The translations under genes and the position numbers were made by a program. Positions 1 through 7,516 of a stretch of 32,000 nt of DNA are shown here, one piece after another (the first letter of the stretch is position 1; the number at the start of each line of letters is the position of its first letter). Source of the DNA: an uncultured archaeon (GTDB taxonomy: Archaea > Iainarchaeota > Iainarchaeia > Iainarchaeales > CSSED10-239); assembly GCA_964496765.1 (NCBI GenBank), contig CAZCAP010000001.1, positions 63,609 to 95,608 of the forward strand. Reading direction: 5' to 3'. The notes beneath the pieces are model-generated. The model was given only the letters and a program-made list of their open reading frames with translations, did no database searches and was not told the DNA's origin.

Positions 1-759
1 ATGCTTATAACCACCTTTTTCAATTTGATCAAGAGACATTCTAATTTCTTCAATCCCCCTATCAATTATTTTATTAAGATCCAAAAGAGAATTTATTTCA
101 TAACCTTCTTTTGTAACATCTACAATCTCATCATCCAATAAATAAACAACCTTTTTTGTGTATTCTAAAAGAGCAGAAACATCAGATGCAACAAAGTACT
201 CACCAGGATTATTTCCAATACCAAGCACAACAGGAGAACCACGTCTAGCAACTATGATTTCCTGTTTATCTTTATGCATAACAAGTAATCCAAAGGTTCC
301 AACAACCTCTGATAGTGCTTTAATGACTGCATCTTTTAGGTTTCCTCTATAGAACTTTTCAATTAAATGAGTAAGAACCTCAGAGTCTGTGTCACTAATG
401 AACCTATGCCCTTCCATTAGCAATAGCTTTCTAATGGACTCATAGTTTTCAATAATTCCATTATGAACAATGGAGATAGATGATGAACAATCAAAATGAG
501 GGTGTGCATTTTTTTCACTAGGAATACCATGGGTTGCCCATCTTGTGTGCGCAATTCCAATGGTTGATTTTAAATTTTGTTTTTTAAGTTTTGCTTCGAG
601 CTCTGTAATTCTACCTTTTGTTTTAATTGTTTGAAGCTGATTATTAATGGAAACTGTAATCCCACAGGAATCATAGCCCCTGTATTCTAATCTATAGAGC
701 CCTCTAATGAGAATAGGAATTACATCCTCTTTTCCAATATATCCAATAATTCCACACAT
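1..759 (-). CDS. glmS: Glutamine--fructose-6-phosphate aminotransferase (GlmS), N-terminal glutaminase part. Partial: the gene's 3' end lies beyond the left edge.
   Basis: The minus-strand ATG at 757-759 gives MCGIIGYIGKEDVIPILIRGLYRLEYRGYDSCGI... This is the Cys2 Ntn-amidotransferase start typical of GlmS. The frame stays open to position 1, ending ...EKGGYKH at the junction to the SIS half. It is absent from the supplied ORF track because it has no in-window stop. Confidence 0.9.
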   Translation of the reverse strand, partial: MCGIIGYIGKEDVIPILIRGLYRLEYRGYDSCGITVSINNQLQTIKTKGRITELEAKLKKQNLKSTIGIAHTRWATHGIPSEKNAHPHFDCSSSISIVHNGIIENYESIRKLLLMEGHRFISDTDSEVLTHLIEKFYRGNLKDAVIKALSEVVGTFGLLVMHKDKQEIIVARRGSPVVLGIGNNPGEYFVASDVSALLEYTKKVVYLLDDEIVDVTKEGYEINSLLDLNKIIDRGIEEIRMSLDQIEKGGYKH

Positions 760-781
760 AACTATATTATTAATAAGAATT

Positions 782-796
782 AGATTTATAAAATCT
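782..796 (-). promoter_or_regulatory. Archaeal TATA-box-like element upstream of glmS
   Basis: agatttataaaatct, ~30 nt upstream of the ATG at 759. It belongs to a recurring (A)GATTTATAAATAGAT-like intergenic motif. Confidence 0.35.
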
Positions 797-801
797 ATTT
801 T

Positions 802-1428
802 TTAATCAAATTTGGATTGATTAAAATAATTAAAATAATATGCAATAAAATTATGTGCTGAATGAGCAAGTGCAATCAAAATTAGGTTTGGATAAAGCAT
901 ATACATGGTAGCCAGAAGAATGCCTTCTAGGAAAACCATTAATAGATCAACTATTGTATGCCTATAAATTATATGCAATAGCATGAACAAGAACGCATTA
1001 ACAAGAACCACAACTATTGCTGAGAGGAACACATTATGAAGAAGAGGTATTAGGAAAGATCTGAATAGAAATTCCTGTAGAAAGCTTATTGGAATAAAAC
1101 CCCAAAGAAGATGCTGGTTTGTCCACCAATGTATTTTGTGATCCTTTCTTAGTATATTTCTAGAGATTACAATCAATAGAATAGATATTGCAATTGTGAA
1201 TATTAAATAAGGAAGTAAATCCTGAGTGAAGTTATCAAGCCTGAATCCAATATCCGCAAGACTCCAATTCTCAAGAAGTATAATGTTAATTGCGATTATA
1301 GTTATTCCTGTTAAAGCATAAAATCTATACTTATACTTAACAAGATTAAAGTAAAATAATAATGGTGGAATAACAAACAAGCAAATAATCGTAAGTATGT
1401 CCATTACTATTGGATTATATATTATCAT
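802..1428 (-). CDS. CPBP-family (CAAX/Abi-type) intramembrane glutamic endopeptidase
   Basis: A 208-aa polytopic membrane protein carrying the three CPBP motifs: LQEFLFRSF (EExxxR), FMLLH (FxxxH) and AHSAHNF (HxxxN). Confidence 0.75.
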   Translation of the reverse strand: MIIYNPIVMDILTIICLFVIPPLLFYFNLVKYKYRFYALTGITIIAINIILLENWSLADIGFRLDNFTQDLLPYLIFTIAISILLIVISRNILRKDHKIHWWTNQHLLWGFIPISFLQEFLFRSFLIPLLHNVFLSAIVVVLVNAFLFMLLHIIYRHTIVDLLMVFLEGILLATMYMLYPNLILIALAHSAHNFIAYYFNYFNQSKFD

Positions 1429-1471
1429 AGGGCATCTAACTCACATGTATTCTAATATAACTTGGTGAAAT

Positions 1472-1487
1472 AGATTTATAAATAGAT
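1472..1487 (-). promoter_or_regulatory. Archaeal TATA-box-like element upstream of the CPBP protease gene
   Basis: agatttataaatagat, ~45-55 nt upstream of the ATG at 1428. Confidence 0.35.
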
Positions 1488-1529
1488 TATATATTTTAAA
1501 AAAAAGAAAAAAGAAGGTAGTTAATTAAA

Positions 1530-2630
1530 TTAACTACATTCAGCTGGTGTTGCTGAACCAGTTCCATCATATCCAAATCCTGGAGCTGGTGTATCTGTTG
1601 ATAATTGGATGCTACATTCAGATGGTGCGGTTGTGAATGCTGCACATACTCTGTCCAAGATTCCCTGTGGACTTCTTGGCATGTTATCAACCTTTATTCC
1701 ATTAATAACTGTTGTTGGAGATCCTGCTACTCCAAAGGCCTTGTTTTCTGCATCATATATAGCAAACTGTGGTTCATTTGCTGTAAGTCCATATGTAGCA
1801 TCTGTTTCTGCAACACATGCATTTAATACACTTGTATCGAAGCCTTCCTTTGCAACACATCTATCTGTGTTTGAGTCTTCTAAGAAACAACTTAAATAAT
1901 CATAATATTGTGTTGGATACTTTTGTTGAATACAATATTGATTAATTTGTTCGTTTGTTTCTTTTTCTCCATGTAAAGTATAATTAACAAACTTAATTGC
2001 TATATCTGCCTTATCTCCTAATAAATCCACAACTGGAAGAAGACCCTTCTCAATTTGTGTTCCATATGGACAATGTGACATAACATACACATCAATCTTA
2101 GGTTTGTCTACCTTAGGAATAGATGCTGCTTCTGCTTCTGCATTTGCATTAAGTTCTGCTTGTAGTTTAGCAAATTCTGTTTTATAAATTGGTGCTCCTC
2201 CAGGAATAAAAACAATTTCTCCATCAGTTGATGTATAAATATTCATATCCTGTCCTTCAACATTAATTGTAACATTTATAAGACCTCTTTCAAGAACTGA
2301 ACTCTTTAATATAAGTCCTGTAACTGGAAAGTTTTCTTCTAAGAAAGTAACTGTTTGTTCTCCAATTAGGCTTGCATCAGGTGTTATTGAACAAGAACCT
2401 GCATCTGGTAGGTCTCCTGGTAATCCAAATAAACCTGTTAAATTTCCATTATCTGAGTTTGTGTTTGCTGTTAAGAAAAGTATTAATACAACAACAAAGG
2501 CAACTGCTAAAATTGCAGTAGCTATCATCCACATCTTTTCTTTGCCAAAAGAACTCTTCTTTTTTTCATGTTCTTTATGATTAGCTTCATTATGATGATT
2601 TGCATGGTGTTCTGTTTTATTATCTGTCAT
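1530..2630 (-). CDS. Membrane-anchored extracytoplasmic thioredoxin/DsbA-like protein with a His-rich N-terminal tail
   Basis: The N-terminus is MTDNKTEHHANHHNEANHKEHEKKK, followed by one TM helix (MWMIATAILAVAFVVVLILFLTA). It has a VMSHCPYGTQ redox-like CxxG/CPYG site and many further paired Cys residues. The family assignment is tentative. Confidence 0.5.
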   Translation of the reverse strand: MTDNKTEHHANHHNEANHKEHEKKKSSFGKEKMWMIATAILAVAFVVVLILFLTANTNSDNGNLTGLFGLPGDLPDAGSCSITPDASLIGEQTVTFLEENFPVTGLILKSSVLERGLINVTINVEGQDMNIYTSTDGEIVFIPGGAPIYKTEFAKLQAELNANAEAEAASIPKVDKPKIDVYVMSHCPYGTQIEKGLLPVVDLLGDKADIAIKFVNYTLHGEKETNEQINQYCIQQKYPTQYYDYLSCFLEDSNTDRCVAKEGFDTSVLNACVAETDATYGLTANEPQFAIYDAENKAFGVAGSPTTVINGIKVDNMPRSPQGILDRVCAAFTTAPSECSIQLSTDTPAPGFGYDGTGSATPAECS

Positions 2631-2805
2631 AAATTATTCCCCTTTAAATTATTTGATTTAAATCTTAAGTTTTGTATTATATATATTATGAATAAAAAGG
2701 TTTAAAAATAAAAGTATTTAATTAGGAAAAAATTATTAAAAAATATTAATTTTATCCATTTTTATAACTTATTTTTATCCTTTTTAAATTTTATATATTA
2801 TTATT

Positions 2806-4644
2806 TTATAACTCCCTAATTTTTGTTAATGGATAACCAGCATCAAGAAGCTCACCTTCATTATACCCTGCTTCCTTTAAATTTTGAAGTGAATATCCAA
2901 CACTCTTTAAATCTCTTGCACTAAACCCAAGAGACCTAACATCTTTTGCAGTATAGTGAACAACCCTTAGTAATCTTATTCCAACCCCAAGGTTAAACAC
3001 ATCACTAGCTGGATAGCCCGCATTATGTAGTTCCCTTACTGTATAACCAGCATCATATAGTTCAACTGCTAAATAACCAGCCTTTCTCATTGAAGATGAA
3101 GAAAAACCAACTCTTCTAAGCTCTTTAATAGAATAATATCCCTTTAGATCATTTGGAGCATATCCTGCTTGGGACATTTCTCTTGCAGAATAGCCTGCAT
3201 CATAAAATTCTTTTATAGGAATAGCAAGCCCATTAAACTCCTTTGCTTGATATCCAGCAAAATAAAGAGTTGCTAATGAAAAACCAACCTCATATAATTC
3301 CTTTGCTGTGTATCCAACAGAATGAAATTGCTTTGCTGTATATCCAACTGTAATTAAATCCTTAGGAGAAAAACCTGCTTTTCTTAACTCATGAAGAGAA
3401 TATCCTTCCAAGTGAAGATTAAGAGCAGAAAAGCCAGCAACTCTAAAATCATCAATGGCATACCCCATTCCAAACAAGCTTGAAATTGAACAGCCTGCTT
3501 TATATAAATCTAAAAGCCCATAGCCTCCGTCCCTCAATTGAGTACAGGTAATTCCTTCATCAAATAATTCTTTGCTTGTAAATCCATCTTTATAAAGATC
3601 ATTTATTTTATAGCCAAGAGATAATATATCCTGAACTGAATAACCTAGATATTTTAGTTCTCTTGGACTAACCTTGTCCTTTGAAAAGGATTCCATATCA
3701 AGTATATCTTTGATATCATATCCTCCTTCTCTTAATTCTTTTAGGGTAACTCCTGCCTTATACAAAAGTATAGCCTTAATTCCTGCTCCATAGAAATCAG
3801 AAACATTAACACCTAATGAAACAAGATCTTTAATTGAAATGCCTGAATTAATTAGATCATGTAATGTATATCCATTTGAATAAAATGTTTTTAAACTAAA
3901 TCCAGAGCCATATAATTGTTTAACTGTAAACTTACTAGCTATGAATTGCTTGAATGTAAAACCAGTTTTTCTTAATTGAGAAATTGTAAATCCAACAGTG
4001 TATAATTCTCTTAATCCATATCCTGCCTTCTTTAATTCTCTTATAGTAAATATTTTCTTAAAATCTTTTAATTTAAGTTTAGCTCTTTTTAGTTTGCTTA
4101 TTGTATAACCTAATTTTTTTAATTCTCTTAACTTATATCCTAGAGAAATAACTATTCTTAAACTATTACAGGATAATAATTCCTTTAGGTTATAGCCTGC
4201 GTTCTTTAAAGATTTAATAGGAACTCCTGCGTTCTTTAGGCCTCTTGCAGTATATCCTGCATCTCTTAGATCCTTTGGAGAATATCCATTATTGATTAAT
4301 TTTTTAATTGTGAATCTCATTCTAGCTAAAACTTTAGTTTTAACCTTTCCTTTCTTTAAAATTACTAGGGCTTGCTTTAAACCTATCTTCGCATCAATTA
4401 TGTGCTTAATAGTAATTGGCTTAATTATATACCTACTTCTAAAAATGGGTTTAGATGCTTGTCTTTTAAGTTCTTTAATTATTTGTGCTTTTGATAAACT
4501 AGATTTATTTTTCTTAATATTAATTTTATTCTTCTTAATACTTAATTTATTCTTTTTGATATTAAGCTTATTTTCATTTATACTTGTGTTAATTTTCTTC
4601 ATTTGTGCTTTTGATAAACTTATCTTCACTTTCTTTGAAACCAT
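2806..4644 (-). CDS. Tandem decapeptide-repeat protein (49 units) with a Lys-rich N-terminal region; function unknown
   Basis: The long ORF is 625 aa in the track. I prefer the ATG at 4644 (MVSKKVKI...) because AAAGGAGG lies 8 nt upstream. From about residue 130 to the C-terminus I segmented 49 consecutive units with consensus G-[YF]-[ST]-x-[KR]-[ED]-L-x-x-[AV]. Confidence 0.8.
   Translation of the reverse strand: MVSKKVKISLSKAQMKKINTSINENKLNIKKNKLSIKKNKINIKKNKSSLSKAQIIKELKRQASKPIFRSRYIIKPITIKHIIDAKIGLKQALVILKKGKVKTKVLARMRFTIKKLINNGYSPKDLRDAGYTARGLKNAGVPIKSLKNAGYNLKELLSCNSLRIVISLGYKLRELKKLGYTISKLKRAKLKLKDFKKIFTIRELKKAGYGLRELYTVGFTISQLRKTGFTFKQFIASKFTVKQLYGSGFSLKTFYSNGYTLHDLINSGISIKDLVSLGVNVSDFYGAGIKAILLYKAGVTLKELREGGYDIKDILDMESFSKDKVSPRELKYLGYSVQDILSLGYKINDLYKDGFTSKELFDEGITCTQLRDGGYGLLDLYKAGCSISSLFGMGYAIDDFRVAGFSALNLHLEGYSLHELRKAGFSPKDLITVGYTAKQFHSVGYTAKELYEVGFSLATLYFAGYQAKEFNGLAIPIKEFYDAGYSAREMSQAGYAPNDLKGYYSIKELRRVGFSSSSMRKAGYLAVELYDAGYTVRELHNAGYPASDVFNLGVGIRLLRVVHYTAKDVRSLGFSARDLKSVGYSLQNLKEAGYNEGELLDAGYPLTKIREL
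2809..4290 (-). repeat. About 30-nt (10-codon) tandem coding repeat array inside the repeat protein
   Basis: The protein-level periodicity of 10 residues is maintained for 49 units. Three units are 9 aa and one irregular unit is 16 aa. The DNA units are diverged and not identical. Confidence 0.75.
4511..4573 (-). repeat. Three tandem 21-nt units encoding K(L/I)xIKKN heptads in the N-terminal region of the repeat protein
   Basis: Plus-strand units are ttcttaatattaattttattc / ttcttaatacttaatttattc / tttttgatattaagcttattt. They are bracketed by a perfect 20-nt direct repeat, atttgtgcttttgataaact, at 4481-4500 and 4601-4620. Confidence 0.8.
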
Positions 4645-4802
4645 AATCAAAACCTCCTTTAACAAAGAGAAATGCAATGTCATTAATTAATGTTACTTAG
4701 ATAATATATTTATGGTGAAAATAGTTTAAATACCTATCTTTTTCCTAAAAAAGAGGTATTTTTATTTACTTTCGATTATTATATAGATATAAGTGATTAT
4801 TT

Positions 4803-5372
4803 ATGACTGCAACTACAAATGATATTAACTCAAAAGAATTGCTATTAAAGCTTTCTAGAAATTATTCAAAGGACGCTCTTGCAGAGAGGTTCATTAAAAC
4901 AATGATGCAGAAAAGGTTCATGAAGTATCATCCACAAAAACCAGAATTTAATCATCTTAGAACCGTTGTTAAAATTGTATCAAAATACACTAAAAATAAG
5001 GATGTAATTATTGCTACCTGGCTTCATGATGCTGTTGAGGATAAATACATAACCTATGAACAAATTGAAGAAAATTTTGGGAAAAAGGTAGTATACCTAA
5101 TTTATGAACTAACATCAGACAAGACCATAGTTCAAATTATTGGAAAAACAGAATATCTAATAAACAAATTAAACAATATGACAAATGAGGCACTATTAAT
5201 TAAGCTTGCAGATAGGCTTGATAATGTTTCTGATCTTAAAGTTACAGAAAATAGTTTTAAAAAATACTATAGAGAACAAACATTAAACATATTAACTAAG
5301 ATAAATAGAGCTATGCAACCAGAACACATTGCACTTATGAGTAAAATACATGATTGTTTAAATAAAATTTAA
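4803..5372 (+). CDS. HD-domain protein of the RelA/SpoT hydrolase type (small alarmone hydrolase / Mesh1-like)
   Basis: IATWLHDAVEDKYITYEQIEENFGKKVVYLIYELT and IKLADRLDNVSDL match the SpoT hydrolase-domain signatures (HDxxED ... FG..V..LV..vT ... KLADRLhN). No synthetase domain is present. Confidence 0.7.
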   Translation: MTATTNDINSKELLLKLSRNYSKDALAERFIKTMMQKRFMKYHPQKPEFNHLRTVVKIVSKYTKNKDVIIATWLHDAVEDKYITYEQIEENFGKKVVYLIYELTSDKTIVQIIGKTEYLINKLNNMTNEALLIKLADRLDNVSDLKVTENSFKKYYREQTLNILTKINRAMQPEHIALMSKIHDCLNKI

Positions 5373-5434
5373 ATATATGGTTAGAATTGGGGTTCCAAAA
5401 AAAAGAAGACAAACTGAAAAATTCGAATTTTAAT

Positions 5435-6196
5435 TTAACCAATTAGAAGGAGAAGAACTAACATTACTCCAATTCCTAAGATTATTCCCATTAACTGTAA
5501 AAAAGATTTACCTACAGAGGTCTCTTTTTTTAGCTCAGGAATTAAATCAGCGGTTGCTATATAGATGAAACCACCAGCAGTAAATGGAAGAATAAATAGC
5601 ATAAAACCTTGAGATAAGTGTCCAACAATTAATGCAATAACAACACCAAGAATAGAAGTTAGTGCAGTTAAAAAATTCATAATCAATGCTTTTCTTTTTG
5701 TAAAACCACCATGCACAAGAACTCCAAAGTCTCCTAGTTCCTGTGGTATCTCATGAAACAAAACAGCAAGAGTAGTAGCTACACCTAGTGGAATAGAAAC
5801 TAAATAGGTTCCACCTATTACAAGCCCATCAATTAGATTATGAAGAGAATCCCCAATTAGGTTCATGTACACAAATGGATGGGGATGTACTTTGGAGGTT
5901 GGGACATGACAATGTCTCCAATGAATGAATTTTTCAAGCACAAAGAACAATAATAATCCAGATATAAAATAAAGAGAAACATGCAAAGTAAATCCAAACT
6001 CCTTAACCACCTCTGGAAGAAGATGAATAAATGCATCTCCAATTAGTGCACCAGCAGAAAAGGATACAAAGAACAGAAGCAGATTATTCATGCTCTTTTC
6101 TTTTATAAATAAAGTCACAATTCCAATAAGTGAGATAACAGATATAATAAAAACACTAATTATTGAATATAACCAAACAATTAAGATCCCACTCAT
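5435..6196 (-). CDS. ZIP-family divalent metal (Zn/Fe) transporter
   Basis: A 253-aa polytopic protein with HNLIDGLVIGG and FHEIPQELGDFGVL, the paired ZIP signature helices. Confidence 0.9.
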   Translation of the reverse strand: MSGILIVWLYSIISVFIISVISLIGIVTLFIKEKSMNNLLLFFVSFSAGALIGDAFIHLLPEVVKEFGFTLHVSLYFISGLLLFFVLEKFIHWRHCHVPTSKVHPHPFVYMNLIGDSLHNLIDGLVIGGTYLVSIPLGVATTLAVLFHEIPQELGDFGVLVHGGFTKRKALIMNFLTALTSILGVVIALIVGHLSQGFMLFILPFTAGGFIYIATADLIPELKKETSVGKSFLQLMGIILGIGVMLVLLLLIG

Positions 6197-6212
6197 AATA
6201 TCAAATTTAATT

Positions 6213-7409
6213 CTACTTTAAAATATATATCTTTAAAGGAGGAAAACCATTAAACCCAACTGAACTCAAGGTTGGAACATAGGCTCCTGCAGTTAAAACA
6301 TACAACCTATCCCCTTCTTTTAGACCTGTTGGAAGAGTATATTTATAATCCTCATATAGAACATCAAGGGAATCACAGGTTGGCCCTGCTAAAATAATTT
6401 CCTTAGAATCCTTTGAAGAAAGAATTCTCTCAGAAAAGATTGGATATTTAATTGATTCATTAATTGTATCAAATAATCCATTATATATTCCACAATCAAT
6501 GTACACCCATTCATATTGATTAATAATTGATTTCTTGGATATCATAATTACCTCAGTAACAAGAACACCAGAATCTGCAACAATTGATCTTCCTGGTTCA
6601 ACTATAATGGTTGGAAAATTATCTCCGAAATCATCCTTTAATATTCTTGTGATTTCTTTTGTATAGGTATCAATGGATGGAGCAGACTTTAGATAATGTG
6701 CTGGAAAACCACCACCAATGTTTATTGCCTTTAGATCAATCCCATCTGCTTTCACAGAATCAAATAAATACCTACATTGGGACACAGCATTATCCCATTG
6801 TCCAACATCTCTTTGCTGGGATCCAACATGGAAGGATATCCCATAGGGTATCAATCCAAGATTCTTTGCTTCAATAATTAAATGATAAATCATGTCTGGA
6901 TGAGCACCAAACTTTCTTGAGAGTGGCCAATCAGCTTCTCCACCTTCATTAATAATTCTAAAAAACACGTTAGATCCAGGAGCATTATTTGATATTTTTT
7001 TAAGATCAGTAATTGAATCAGAAACAAATAACCTAATTCCTTTTTCATAGGCATATTTCACATCTTCTTCTTTCTTAATTGTGTTTCCAAAGGAAATTCT
7101 ATCTGGAGTAACACCAAGCTTTAATACCTGTTCAAGCTCAAAGATAGTTGCAACATCAAAACAAGAACCCTTACTTGCAAGTAACTCTAGAACTTCAGGC
7201 ATGGAATTTGCTTTTACTGCATAATATATCTTAGCATAGGGCATAAGACGAGCTAACTCATCAAACTTATCTGCAATTTTTCTGAGATCAACAACAAGAA
7301 AAGGAGTTTTCTTATCTTTTGCAAATTCCTTAACATCATTCAACTCTTCTAAAGTCAAATAATCAAATATATTTTTTGAATCCCCATTTCCCATTCTAAT
7401 AATCACCAT
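6213..7409 (-). CDS. PLP-dependent group IV (alanine-racemase-fold) decarboxylase, ornithine/lysine/arginine decarboxylase-like, paralog A
   Basis: Motifs present: YAVKAN (PLP lysine), HVGSQ, GGGFP, EPGR and GPTCDS. The start may be the internal Met6 (7394), given a TATA-like tataaatt at 7419-7426. Confidence 0.85.
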   Translation of the reverse strand: MVIIRMGNGDSKNIFDYLTLEELNDVKEFAKDKKTPFLVVDLRKIADKFDELARLMPYAKIYYAVKANSMPEVLELLASKGSCFDVATIFELEQVLKLGVTPDRISFGNTIKKEEDVKYAYEKGIRLFVSDSITDLKKISNNAPGSNVFFRIINEGGEADWPLSRKFGAHPDMIYHLIIEAKNLGLIPYGISFHVGSQQRDVGQWDNAVSQCRYLFDSVKADGIDLKAINIGGGFPAHYLKSAPSIDTYTKEITRILKDDFGDNFPTIIVEPGRSIVADSGVLVTEVIMISKKSIINQYEWVYIDCGIYNGLFDTINESIKYPIFSERILSSKDSKEIILAGPTCDSLDVLYEDYKYTLPTGLKEGDRLYVLTAGAYVPTLSSVGFNGFPPLKIYILK

Positions 7410-7516
7410 ATATGAATCTATAAATTTTTACTATTTAATCTAAAAAAAAAGAAATTAAATAAAATAATTATATATAAATCTTTATTTAAAGGTTTTTATT
7501 AGGATATTAAAAATGA

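Noticed and set aside
158-352. 64-aa plus-strand ORF inside glmS
   Set aside because: It is antisense to a clearly conserved GlmS glutaminase-domain frame.
1533-1598. A PAPGF sequence near the C-terminus of the thioredoxin-like protein, possibly a PGF-CTERM archaeosortase signal
   Set aside because: A PGF-CTERM signal requires a hydrophobic helix and a basic tail after PGF. Here the motif is followed by GYDGTGSATPAECS and the stop codon.
1496-1899. Track ORFs 1496-1690 (-), 1605-1826 (+) and 1609-1899 (+)
   Set aside because: They are alternative or antisense frames within the 366-aa thioredoxin-like gene. None has motifs or sensible start contexts.
4292-4690. 132-aa plus-strand ORF antisense to the repeat-protein N-terminus
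   Set aside because: It is the low-complexity mirror of the Lys-rich coding region (poly-Leu/Phe/Ile from the antisense of AAR codons). The minus-strand gene has a strong GGAGG site and continuous repeat structure.
6659-6877. 72-aa plus-strand ORF inside decarboxylase paralog A
   Set aside because: It is antisense to a strongly motif-supported gene.
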